This document shows, piece after piece, positions 1 to 12,261 of a DNA stretch of 64,000 bases. The stretch spans positions 3,344,670 to 3,408,669 of the forward strand of contig CAVNZM010000007.1 in the NCBI GenBank assembly GCA_963693365.1, given 5' to 3'. Origin of the DNA: Amoebidium appalachense. Its lineage: Eukaryota; Protista; Ichthyosporea. How positions within the stretch are numbered: the first letter of the stretch is position 1; the number at the start of each line of letters is the position of its first letter. Position numbers and translations under genes: made by a program. The notes under the pieces were generated by a model that saw only the letters and a list, made by a program, of their open reading frames with translations, ran no database searches and was not told the origin of the DNA.

Positions 1-476
1 TATCTATGGCAGATACTCTTTTGGACCCCAGCCGGCCGGAAATTACATTGTGGGGGTGTTGGACTGGCCAGATAACCTCATGCCCGCAATTGTGGATGGG
101 CGGGACAGTAATCCGGACGGCAGTGTAAATCTTGCCCTGAAGTCAAAAACCCCCGTCAAGGTCGACTTTACCTTCACCACCAACACAAATACTGGTGGGT
201 GTTCAATGTGAGATTCTTGGTTTGTGTATGTGTGCTCATTATTGTGGGGAAAACTCCAGATGTGCACGGGAATTCTGGTGGAGTTCTATCGGAAATTCCG
301 TATTTGAGTATCATATTATGCTCATTACAGAAGATGCAATAAACAGATGTATACAAGGTTGGTTTACACGGTCTATATTTTATACAACATCATATGATGA
401 TGGCGAACGGAAATGGAACCTTATAATTGCATCCGTAATGCCTATGTACAACCACGTGTTGCTCATACCGAATCCA

Positions 477-526
<50 letters not shown>

Positions 527-1948
527 ATATACACATATCCAACTGACATAATTTTATATCTAACCCGTTCTTGTAAAACTTCAGGCGGACCTATCAGTGG
601 ATCTGTGTTTTTGGACCCCAACCGCAACAACAAGAGGGAGGCAAATGAAACTGGCTGGTGCGGGCGTCGTGTTTTTGTGAGGAATTCGGAAGGAAAGGTA
701 TGTATTTTTCTGTAAATTTAACAAATGGGAATGTAGACAAAGTTTTTGTTGTGAAAGGTATGTATTTTTCTGTAAATTTAACAAATGGGAATGTAGACAA
801 AGTTTTTGTTGTGCTCAAAATATGCTTCATAGATTAAATACTGCAATGACGAGAGAAATGTGGTAACAAATAAGGTACTGGATCGATTCTTTTCAAAAAT
901 TTAGATTGCACACACCTTCACTACCTCTGAAAGCTACATCATTCCTGCATTCAATCATTAAATCCTCTATAGAACCATAAAACTTCTTCCATCGAAAGCT
1001 TTGCAATCTAACCAATCTCTACCAACCAACCAGGTGATTGCAACAGCCACGACCGACGATGCAGGCAACTATGTATTCCCGAGGATTCCCCCTGGGAAAG
1101 TCACCGTCTCGACCCAACCCCCCAATAATCTCGTTCCCTCCGCTGCTACCGGCCGTGCACCCGATGGCAGCTTCACTCTCAACGTTGCAAGCAGCAAGCC
1201 TGTTGCCGTCCCTCTCGGCTATGCCCCTAAAGGTAAGCACCCCCTCCCCCCTCCCCCCTCTGCCTGCCCCCTCGCCCCGCCCTCCCCTCTCAACCCCTCC
1301 ACATCCCCCCTTGCTCCCCCCCCCCCCCTCCTCCTCCGCCTCCTCCTCCTCTCTCTTCCCTACACACACGAACATGACGCTCCTTTTACCTTTTCCACGC
1401 CCCGTATCCCCCCCCCCCCCCCCCCCCCCCCCCGCCGCACACAGAGTGAACACCCCCCGAAGGATGCCCAAGGGGGGGTCCGATCTGGCGAAAAAAGATC
1501 TAGGTATCATCCATATACATGAATACAAAGAACTCTTATTCAATCCGGTAACAAATGCGTCTTCACCTTCCCGTAACAATCTCTCCATATCAGTGGGGAC
1601 ATCTGCCACCATCACCGGCACCGTGAAGACGGACAAGAACACCCCTATCGGTGGTGCAACCGTCAATCTGTTGGACTCTACCGGCAAAATCGTCGCCACC
1701 ACCACCACTTCCGCCACCGGCACATTCACAATCACTGCGCGCACCCCGGGTGCCCATCGCATCGAAGCGGTGTTCAAGGAGCCAGCCGGAGCCACCCCCT
1801 CGCCAACCAATCAGAATGCACTAACTGTGGTTCTTGGAATCGATGTCGATGTTACTCTTATCTACGTTCTGCCCAAGCTCAGTATGTGCCCCTCTGCCTG
1901 AACTCACTATTTTTCCATCGTGTTTTCTTCCCCCACGTCCCCCCCCCC

Positions 1949-1985
<37 letters not shown>

Positions 1986-4105
1986 CTCCTCCTTCCTCTC
2001 CCCCTCTTTCCCTTCGTTTTTTTATCCCCTATTGGTGTGCCTGTCGGGTCCGGGAAAACAAGTGTCAGCTACCTATTCATTCAGCACTTGCACTGGCCCC
2101 CTTACTGCTCTGAGTCTGTGTTGAGATAGATGCCCATTTCCTTGCATTTGCTTCCTCGAACCACCCGTAAGCGTGCAGTTGTGCCCTACTGCACCTATTT
2201 TTCTCTCTGTTCTTTACGTCAGCAACTTTACGTCAGCAACACATACAAAAGTCTGTGTGTCTCTTTCGTATCAGCAAATATTCACTGAAAATTGCTCATG
2301 TACAAAAGTCTGTGTGTCTCTTTCGTATCAGCAAATATTCACTGAAAATTGCTAATGTCCCCGTTCTCTTTAACAGGTGGTGCTATCAGCGGCACCGTAA
2401 CCTCCTCAGCCGATGGCGCCGGCATTGGAGGAGTTAAGATCACAATCACCGATAAGGCCGGTAAAGTTCTCGACACCACCACCAGCGATCCCGTCGGAAA
2501 TTACAAACTCCTGAGAGGAGTTTTGGCTGGCCCCATCACGATTGCATCTGCTACGCCCAATGGATTTGTCCCATCGGCAGACGGCCCGACGATTTCGACT
2601 GAGGCGGTGGAGGGGGATATCCTACCTGACATGAACTTTGTGTTTGATCCCAAACAGGTCACCCCTAGTAAGTGGATATACCCAACTTTGTGTTTGATCC
2701 CAAACAGGTCACCCCTAGTAAGTGGATATACCCTCCCCCCCCCCATACTCCTGTTATGTATGGTTTGCACTCTGCAATCCGTTGTTCATGTGTACTTCGT
2801 ACTTTATGACCCATTCAAACCCCCCCACCCCAACAACAACGTCCCACCCTTTGCCCTTTTGCCCCTTTTGCCCCTTGCCCCCCTAAACACATTCCTCTCT
2901 CTGCTTGTGAGAGTGGTCCAGCTTGATGTGAGAAACGCCATGTGTGTGGTGGTGGTGGTGGGTGGGTGGGTGGGTGTGTGTGTGTGTGGGGGGGGGGGTT
3001 GGAGGCGTTTACGGGTCCCCCATTTTCGTTTTGAAATACATTAACTCTTAGCCAAGTCCCGAATGTATGGGCTTGCCTGCATTGGCTTGCCTGCCTTCCC
3101 ACTCGCCAAGTCCCGAATGTATGGGCTTGCCTGCCTTGGCTTGCCTGCCTTCCCACTCATCAGTGTCATATTTCGATATGCCATAACACTTGGTTTCTCA
3201 GCCTGGGTACACGATATACCGAGTGTAAGGGCCTACCTCCCTTCCCACTAATTTGCAAAATTTGATATGCCATTAACACTTGGCTTCTGTGCACCCACTA
3301 ATCTCGAAATTCGTGTGCTGTGTTTTTGCCTACCTGTGCCTGCTACATAACCTGAAATTCCCGACATATATCTAACACTGAATATATCTAACACGAATAT
3401 ATCTAACACTGAAATTCAGCCATATGTCTGACCCTGAAATTCCCATCATCACAGACCCCGTTGACCCTGGCTTTGGTAATGCTGACCCGGGATCGCCTGT
3501 CAACCCCGATAATGGCTTTGAATTTGGCGATTGCGATTTCTGTGACCCGTATGCATCGTGTGTCAGTGGCCAGTGCAAGTGTAATGCTGGGTACAAGGGC
3601 GACGGCATTACTTGCTGTAAGTTTCATTTCCCAATTTCTACATCCTCCACTAATGCTCCCCCCCCCCCCCCCCCCCCCCAACTCCCAACCCCTCCCACTC
3701 CCAATTTCCCGTCCCCTTGCAAGGTTTTCAAAAACATGTGTTCATCTGGGCCACCCCCCCGCCCCACCCTTCCCACCTACATTTCCTTCCTTTCCCTTCC
3801 TCCCCCTTCCCCTACATTTCCTTCCTTTCCCTTCCTCCCCCTTCCCCCCCACCCCACCCCCAAATCCCCAACCCTTCCCCCTCCCCTCTTCCCGTTTATT
3901 GGAATGATATTTAATATGCACGTGTGCGCAACCACACACACACACAAACCACGCGCATTCACCTAAGCACACTTCTTGGGTTTGTTCAAGGACATCTGTC
4001 GAGATTGTATGCAGAAACTCATATGGTGACCGTGTATCCATTGTCTAATAATTTTCCTGTGCAGACATAGCCGACAGTTCAACTGGCGGCGGCTACAGGA
4101 TCTGA
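1..4105 (+). CDS. 3' part of a spliced host gene: tandem SdrD-B/Cna-B/CarboxypepD_reg-like beta-sandwich repeats plus C-terminal EGF-like domain (probably extracellular). Exons <1-194, 585-697, 1034-1232, 1594-1881, 2377-2667, 3455-3616, 4065-4105
   Basis: All introns are GT-AG with CTAAC/CTAAT/CTGAC-like branch sites, and the exons join into one open frame ending in TGA at 4103-4105. Motifs: ISGSVFLDPNRNNKREANETG (SdrD-B-like), ITGTV...IGGATVNLLDSTGKIVATTTT..G.F, ISGTV...IGGVKITITD..GKVLDTTTSD..GNY, and CDFCDPYASCVSGQCKCNAGYKGDGITC (EGF-like). Confidence 0.85.
693..813. repeat. 60-bp tandem duplication copying the exon end and 5' splice site
   Basis: GAAAGGTATGT...TTTTTGTTGT at 693-752 and 753-812. 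Confidence 0.9.
2634..2733. repeat. 50-bp tandem duplication copying the exon end and 5' splice site
   Basis: AACTTTGTGTTTGATCCCAAACAGGTCACCCCTAGTAAGTGGATATACCC at 2634 and 2684. Confidence 0.9.
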
Positions 4106-4871
4106 GCGCATTTTTGATTGGTCGCAGAGGAAAAGCAGCCGGCCAATCGTCAACAAGTCTGCCATTTCAGCTCGTCTATGGCTGAGCAAAACTATTAGTG
4201 CTGAAGAGTTGCTAGATAGACCGTGCTTAGTGCCGAATAGTTGCTAGATAGACCGTGCTCATGTCTGTTTTAGTGTGCGGTCCTTTAGCTAATTAATGAA
4301 AACTATGTGCGCGGTTCTTTAGTTAGTTGATGAGAACCGCGCACAAACCATGTGTGCGATTCTTCAGTTAGTTGATGAAAACTATGAAGATTTGGGGCTA
4401 ATCTGGCTTATACCGGGCCCCCCGTATCATGATGGCTATCAGCAGGGTGTATATTCTGCATACAGTAGCTCAAGGTGTATAACATATGTAACGCCTAATC
4501 CGTGTATTCTGGGGTGCAAAAGGTGCTGGTATACTCTGGCGTTTAGGCATACATGCCCTTCAGAGAATAAAGGGTACCATTTTTAGAAATACAGTGAAAA
4601 CACACACCGGAAATGATGTGTGCCTATTTCAGGCGTAGCCCCCCCCCCCCCCCCCCCCCCCCCCGGCACCCCCACCCCTCAAAACTCACCCACAGACGGC
4701 ACAGTAGTGGGCCACCCATCACCTGCATCACAACCACCCAAGCCTCGTACCCTGACCCCTTTCACTAACATTCTCACGCGAACTTCAGCATGACTCTCTG
4801 CATGCATATAACACAGCTATCACTGACAGTGCAGTTATATCCCCCCCCCCCCCCCCCCCCCCCCTTTCCCC

Positions 4872-4918
<47 letters not shown>

Positions 4919-4920
<2 letters not shown>

Positions 4921-7900
4921 AGCTTATCACCCTCCTCAGGTTCATGTGGCACAACCGGACGGCCACGGTGTGCACAGACCAGGGGCAAACGGAGACCTTC
5001 CCCGTGGAAAACGGCCTGGCCCAAGGGGCCGTTCTCTCCTCCATCCTTTGGATCATCTTCTATGATCCAGTTTTGACGGCCATCAAAAGGCACGGCAAGG
5101 GGTACACTTTCCACCTACCCCCACAGACACAACACCACACACCGGCACCAACACCCCCCGTGTGTGACGTCTGTAGCCTTCGCCGACGACACAACATGGT
5201 TTGGCCCAAACAAGGAGAGCATCCAGCAAACTCTCGACATCTCGGCCCCCTTTTTCTACTACCATGATCTGGAACCACACCCAGACAAGTTTTCAGTCCT
5301 TGCCCGTGGCACCCCAACACGGGCAACAGTGACCCCCCTACAGTACTACAAATCCCCGAGAGCACCACCCCTACCCATTCGGATCGAGCCCCCCATGCAC
5401 ACATCAGAGCGCCAGGGGTTAACATCACCCTCCAACGGGCCCAACAACGGAAAGGCCATGCAGCTGGCCTTCCGGGCCACCACCATCTTAGCCCGTAAAA
5501 TGCTGGCACCTAGCCAAGTGATCTACGTGGCCAACAGTGTGGTGGCCCCGGCCATCCTTTTCCTCCTCAAAGGATCCGTCATCAGCAACATCACCATACA
5601 GGCCATCGACAGCAAGTGGAGAAACCTCCTCCGTCGGAAGTGTGGTTTCCACCGGAGCACCCCGTCGGGGCTGCTACACCACCCCACTCTAGGGGGACTA
5701 GCCAGCATCGTCGAATCAGTGGCTAGCACCATGGTTACGGAGCTGTGTTCCCTGCAGAAAACACCAGAACCAGCTGGGGCCGTGGTCCGGTACCGAGCCT
5801 GGCAGCAGCAACACGCGACCGGCCTACCGTACCCTCCCCTGCAAGCACCCCCAGCCAAACTTTACAGGCTAGGGGGAAAGCAGCTCCACAACTATTGGGC
5901 CCATATCACGGGGATCCTCCACGAGCGGCACTTGAGTATTGGGGAGACCCCCCCAACCACAACACCCCCCCCCCCCCCTCCCCCCAAGGAGAAGGAGGGG
6001 GAGCAGCAACAACAACAAGCACCCCCATCAAACCCGTATTCCCGGACCCCACCTTTGCAACACACATCGGCCCCCATACCCACCCCCGTCAACTCTACAC
6101 GGTAGAGGACACCTTGGTACGGCCGGGGGTGTTCTGGGCTTTCCCCGAACTGCCCCAGCCTCCAGGCCTACTACACCCGGAGGCCACACAGTGGTACCGG
6201 CCCATAATCAAGGGGGACACCCCCATAGCAGCCCAACTACGGCCAGCACCCAGGCAACACACCCACCACACCATTGACCTCGTGGCAAACCACCCCGTAG
6301 GTGCATTCGTGGTGGAAATAGTCAAGAGTCAATAGTCAATGCACAGGCACAGGCACAGGCCAAAGCACAACAGAAGCAGCAGCAAAACGAAAACGCACGG
6401 TTGCTTTCCATTGACAGTCTTCAATCGATGGGTTTGACACCTGCGTCGCTCGCACGCACCGCAAACACCCCCGGGCAGATGCTCCAAACGGCGCAGTCTA
6501 CAAATGCGTACAGTGTTGGGTTCCCGAACGTGAGCAATATTCAACAGGACGGGTGGGCCACACAGCAACCTATTACGGTGGCTTTGCGCGGCAGTGCCAC
6601 CGGAGATGCGTATCTGACGGGTATGGGTGGGAACGCAAGTAGCGCGATGAGCCTAGCACAGACGATTGATGTGTTTGGACAGCAGACCCGCCAACGCTCT
6701 TCAACTACGAATGTTGAACTTGAGCAAATGTTAACCACGCAACAACAGCAACGACTGCGCACACAGCGCGCCATACAACAACAACAACAACTGCAACAAC
6801 AACAACAACAACTTCAGCAACAGCAACTTTTACAGAGACACCAAAGACAAATGCGCCTGCAACAACAACAACAAACACTCACGCAGCCTCAGAGCACACA
6901 GAGCACAGGCCCCGAAATGGCGGTTCAAACACTCCGCCCCCGGATTACACAACAGTCAATAGTCAAGAACGGGCAATACGAGGTAAGCCAGGTGGTGGCC
7001 AACACCACCCACAACGGGGAGGCATGGGTCAAAATAGCTCATCTACGGGACAACACAGAGGAGGAGGGTCTAAGATGGCACCGACCCATCTGGAACGACC
7101 CCAACGGCACAGCCCACTTCCTCTTCTGCCCCGGTGACTGCAAATATGGTCACTCCCCGTGGAACCTGGCCTACAACCCGGCCACCCCCTCCCCCAGCGG
7201 GGACTCAGAGGGGGAGGGGGAAGGGTCGGACAGGGAGCCAGAATCGGAGATTCCGGGGCCCAGCGACGACTCCGAGGACTCCGAGGACTCTAGCACCGAC
7301 AGCACAACCAGCTAACACGAGCCCCCCGAGCCCCCAGCCGACAACAACACCCACAACAAGCAGTGTGTGGGGTGGACCCGTGCCGTGGAGGTGATACGGG
7401 CAGACCCCTACGTGGCCTTTAAGACCCAAATCACCACCCACACGGTAGTCCCCAAATACCACAAGGACTTCATCGACACCAACAGCATCGACATCTACCA
7501 AGTCATCGCATTGAAGTATGGCTCCGACCCGGCCGAGCAGTGGAGGAAGATACACCATTTTCGGCGGCATCTTCCCCCCCAACAACAGGCATCCCCCCAG
7601 ATGATCCACATACAAGCCAACGAGGAGACCAAACCCCTGCCGGGGGACTCCCCGGCCCACCACCCCCCCGGCCGCCACCACAGGTGGGGCAACCACCAGG
7701 ACACAAGTGCACGGCCCATCCGGTTGACATGCCGGGCCCACCCATCCTCCGCAGACTCACCTACGCGACTTGGTGCCCCAGGCCACCTACGACGAGTGGC
7801 AACAGCATATCAACCTGCTTCCCCCAGACTAACCCATCACGTTTACACGGACGGCAGCCTCACCCACCCCGGCAGGAGGACAGCCAAGGCCGGAGCCGGG

Positions 7901-8283
7901 GCTGTGCTGGACACCACGGACAATAAGGCACCACCGGTGACGGCCAAGACCAGGCTCCACACGGCCCTGTCATCCACCCAGGCCGAACTCACAGGGGTAC
8001 TACTAGCCCTCCTGCTACACCCCCACCCCCACCCCCATCCACATCAAGCTCAATAACCTCGGAGTAGTCGACCGATAGGGGGCCAACATGAACCCCACCA
8101 CACCCCCTCGACGGAAGCTAAAATTCCCCCACATAGTGGAATGGGCCCACGTACGAGACCAGCTCTCCCTGCGGCAACCGGCTCCGTACATGTATTGTGG
8201 GTGAAGGGGCACCAATCCAACACCAAACGGTACGGTCAAAGGAATAACGAGGCAGACAAGGCAGGCAAGCAATGCAGGCAGAG

Positions 8284-8320
<37 letters not shown>

Positions 8321-9640
8321 ACCTCCGGCCCAGGGGGGGGAAATACTTCCTACGACTACAAGGCTACCAGGTCCCCGGCAACATTCCCAGGACACTGAAC
8401 CGGTTGAACAAGGATTTCCTCACTGACATGGCCGGCAAGACGAAGGCTATGTCCATACTGGCCGACCCCAGACTGCTCCCAGCCGAACGGAACCCCCTCA
8501 AGCTCAACAAGGGACCAGCACAGGCAACCATCGGGGCCGTCAAAGGCAACGCTCGTAGCCTGTCCCTGGCCATGGGCACCCTGCCTACCATGACACGGCT
8601 TCACCTAGATCACCCCACCGTCGTCACACAGCCTACATGCCCCCGGTGCAGCCAGCACCCGGAGACTACCATCCACCTCTGGGCCTGCCCGGCCCATTCC
8701 GGGGAGGTCCCCAACCTGATCACGGCCATCACAGCCTGCATCCACAATGTCCTGCACACCCGGCATCCGAAAACCCCCACGGCACAGCACCGACTGACTG
8801 CAGGCACGGTGGTAGACCAATGTGCATGGATAAACTGGATAGGTGGAAACGGAGGCCCAAAAGACCCCGAGGACATGAAGTGGGTGGAACGGGATTTCTG
8901 CCCACGATCAGTGGGCCCACTACCAGCAGCCACCGGCACCACCGAAGCCACCACACGGGCCATCATAGGAAAAATCTCAGTAGAATTGCAGACTTTTTTC
9001 TTCGCTAAGATTTGGCACCCACTTAACACAACACTCCCACCCACCCACCCCAAAATGCAAAAACACCACCACACCACCACCACCCGTAGAAAGAAAAACA
9101 CGGTTACCGTACTACACAAACACAAAACCCCCACAAACACTTCCCCCCACACACACACGGCGAGCCTGCATGGACTGCCGGCACACACAAAGACCCACAG
9201 TGCCCTGCAAACCACACCTTTTAGTTCACAATAGCATCGCCACAAAATATGTACAACAACATATACTATTAGGAAGCAACCCCCCACCACCACCACCACA
9301 CCCCATCATCCACACATACCCCCCGTAAACACAACACAACACTTAGGACATTCCACTACTGTAGACCGACCAATGAGAGCCCGTGGTTAACGTTTATTCT
9401 TAGGATTTGAGTGGAGGGGAGGACTGGTGCCTCCTGCCGGCGTGGCTGGGATAGTAACCCTGGGCAAAGTGTGTACTTATAGTTAGGTTTGTGAAGGATG
9501 GTTTAGTTTAGCTGAACTCATAGACAATACCCTAACTAATGTACTGTCGGTGCTGTGTGGTAGACGGTAGTTACCCTAGAGGGTCTGTCATGGCCCTCCG
9601 GGAACAAAACGTGATAAAATAAACACACACACACACACAC
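4919..9640 (+). mobile_element. 5'-truncated, frameshifted non-LTR retrotransposon (LINE) with RT, RNase H and C-terminal CCHC finger
   Basis: RT motifs GLAQGAVLSSILWIIFYDP and VAFADD (about 5010-5190). RNase H motifs VYTDGS, SSTQAEL, WVKGH and NNEAD (about 7840-8260). Finger CPRC..PETTIHLWAC (about 8640-8690). AATAAA at about 9618 followed by (CA)n. Confidence 0.85.
6340..6953 (+). other. About 615-bp glutamine-rich coding-like insertion inside the LINE
   Basis: Flanked by direct repeat AGTCAATAGTCAA (6327-6339 and 6954-6966). Removing the segment between the AATAGTCAAGA copies (6317-6327 and 6958-6968) restores the LINE frame VVEIVKNGQYEV. The insert reads open with poly-Q tracts. Confidence 0.75.
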
Positions 9641-10862
9641 CCCCCCCCAAAAAAAGAAAAGAAAGAAAGAAAGTAAGAAAGAAAAATAAAGGACCACCTA
9701 TGGTGCAACATTTGCCAAAACCCTTTCCTCTACCCCTTACGTACATACATGCACTAAAAATACTTAAGAGCTGGAAGGCTGGCACCAAAACATCTGATCA
9801 GTTTGCGTCCGCGTCCAAGATTCTACGGTTTTGAGGGGTTGTCGACCGAATCTTACGACAATTAGAGCCGGAGATGACCGGTCGTACCCATGATCTTGAA
9901 TGGGGGGGGGGGGGGGGGGGGGGGGGGATGAGGTATGCACACCGCCGGCGGGGGAGATCTGGGTGTGTGTGTGGGGGGGAAAGAGGAGCGGGGTGGGTGG
10001 ATATTTTTTTTATTTTTTATTTTTTTTTGGGGGGGGGGGGGGTGGACTGAATTGAGGCCATGGGGAGGCTTTGTGTGTGTGGATTGTGAAGAAGGAAGGG
10101 GGGGGGGGGGGGGAGGGGGAAGGGTCTATTTTCTCTCAGATTATCTCCAAGAAGCGGAACGACCCGGGTACCATATCAGGAGCGGGCAATTTTTGAATTC
10201 ACCCTCCCCCGCAATTTGAGGTTTTTGGACTTCAAAGAAGTCAAATCCTGCAAAATCCACTACCGGGAGGCCAAAAAGGGTGATTTCACAAAAAAGCAGG
10301 GTCATACATGAAAAAAAAGAAAATAGACGAGTTCAGTGGGCTGCCGATAAGTATATTTCGTGCTGCCGCGGCCGGTATACATGCTGCCGTGGTTGTTGCT
10401 CTAGACGGCAGTATGGCATTGCATGTGTCACGTGACCTGCACGTGAATGCCACCATGTGCAGGCACTGAGTCTAGGGGGATTTGTGTGTGTGTTTTGGAG
10501 CACCGACAAGGCAGAGCTAGGGTGAGGGATGTGTAAACATGGAGTTTAGAGAGATTGTACTGCTATTATTGTACTAGTAACATGTGCACAAAACAGCCGC
10601 GTGCGCCACACTCCGGTGTATAGAACAATGATATGCACATGCGTCACTGTAATACTATGTATGCGCATGCCGCACAAGGTTTAGAAGACCACCACAGTAG
10701 AGACTATTTTCTTTTGGTTGATGTCAATGTAGGAATGGTGTGTTGCAGTTGTCATGATGGCAAGGTAAATTTGGGGCCAAGTTATTATTTCCCCCTTCTA
10801 AACGTTTTTTTAGCTCCAAGAACTTCGACGCCAAAATTTCTATATTTGGCTATCATATTATC

Positions 10863-12010
10863 TATATATATAATGTGTTGTTTGCCGGACCTCAAATCCG
10901 GAATTTGGAGGGGACCAAGGTTTTATTTGTGGAGTTTTATTGACATAAATATTTTTCTGGGTAAACACGTAGGATGGGTGTCCGATATCAACATAACCAT
11001 GTAGGCTTCGTTTCGTGTTTTAGCAGCTCGCGTTCGGCTGCCCGCATACGGGCACCTATTAGCCGATCAAAACATCAGATTCCACAGATCACCAGACCGA
11101 GTTTGATTGGCTCAGGATCCGATTTCACATAACACTAGATCGATTTTGATTGGCTCAGATTGGTAGCCTTAGGTATATAAGCACGACAGTTTTTAGCAGA
11201 TCAGCAAGCAACAGACACATCTTCTGTGTTTAGCACCTACAGCTTTACAGCTATATTTTCTTTTCACCCACCCACCTACACCCAACACTCAACCCCCATT
11301 GATCCCCATATCCGTGCTGTTTTTCCACGGGGCAAAGACTTCCCCCGTTTTTTGGGCACAAGGACCTCACGGATCAATAAATTGATGACTGGGGGCTTGC
11401 CGTGGTTTACAACCATTGCAGGTTCACCTTCGTCCAAGGGGATGTCCCCCTAGAGGCAACACACGTCCCAGAGTAGTTTTCATAGAAGGCCTTTTTGTGA
11501 GGCATCAAAAACCATCGAAACGTTGCTTAGTTGTTTTTATGACATCAAAATCGCTAAATATTCCTGCGATACTAATGAAAAAGCCTAAAATAACTAAATA
11601 TTTGATAATGAGAAAATTGAAATATAGTGCCCTAAAGTTGGGCCCGAGAGATACCGGACCTAAAATCCGGAATTTGGAGGGGACCTAAGGCCATTTTGTG
11701 AGGCATCAAAAACCATCGAAACGTTGCTTAGTTGTTTTTATGACATCAAAATCGCTAAATATTCTTGCGATACCAATGAAAAAGCCTAAAATAACTATAT
11801 ATTTGATAATGAGAAAATTGAAATATAGTGCCCTAAAGTTGGGCCTGAGAGATATATAATGCGTTGTTTGCCGGACCTTAAATCCGGAATTTGGAGGGGC
11901 CTAAGGCCATTTTGTGAGGCATCCGCAAAAACCATCGAAACATTGCTTAGTTGTTTTTATGACATCAAAATCGCTAAATATTCTTGCGATACTAATGAAA
12001 AAGCCTAAAA
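10863..12010. repeat. Tandem about 200-220 bp repeat family (CCGGACCT.AAATCCGGAATTTGGAGGGGACCTAAGGCC...), interrupted by a solo Ngaro unit
   Basis: Units begin near 10885, 11654 and 11871. The same family occurs at 60320-60690. Confidence 0.85.
10919..11486 (+). mobile_element. Solo Ngaro terminal unit (A repeat + spacer + B repeat)
   Basis: Starts GGTTTTATTTGTGG, ends GTAGTTTTCATAGA, colinear with A2-spacer-B2 at 58045-59105, no ORFs. Confidence 0.85.
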
Positions 12011-12261
12011 GGTTTTATTTGTGGAATTTATTGACATAAATATTTTTTCTGGGTAAACACGTAGGATGGGTGTTCGGTATCAACATAACCATGTAGACTT
12101 CATTTCGTGTTTTAGCAGTTCGCGGTTGGCTGCCCGCACACGGGCACCTATTAGCCAATCAAAACATCAAGCTACAAACACATCTTCTGTGTTTAGCACC
12201 CACAGCCTTACAGCTATATATTCCTTTTTCATTCTCCCTATCTTTCTCTCCACCGGTCAGC

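Noticed and set aside
9415-9470. HDV-ribozyme-like string GCCTCCTGCCGGCGTGGCTGGG in the LINE 3' UTR
   Set aside because: A P3/L3-like hairpin forms, but I found no P1 5' partner or P2 3' strand.
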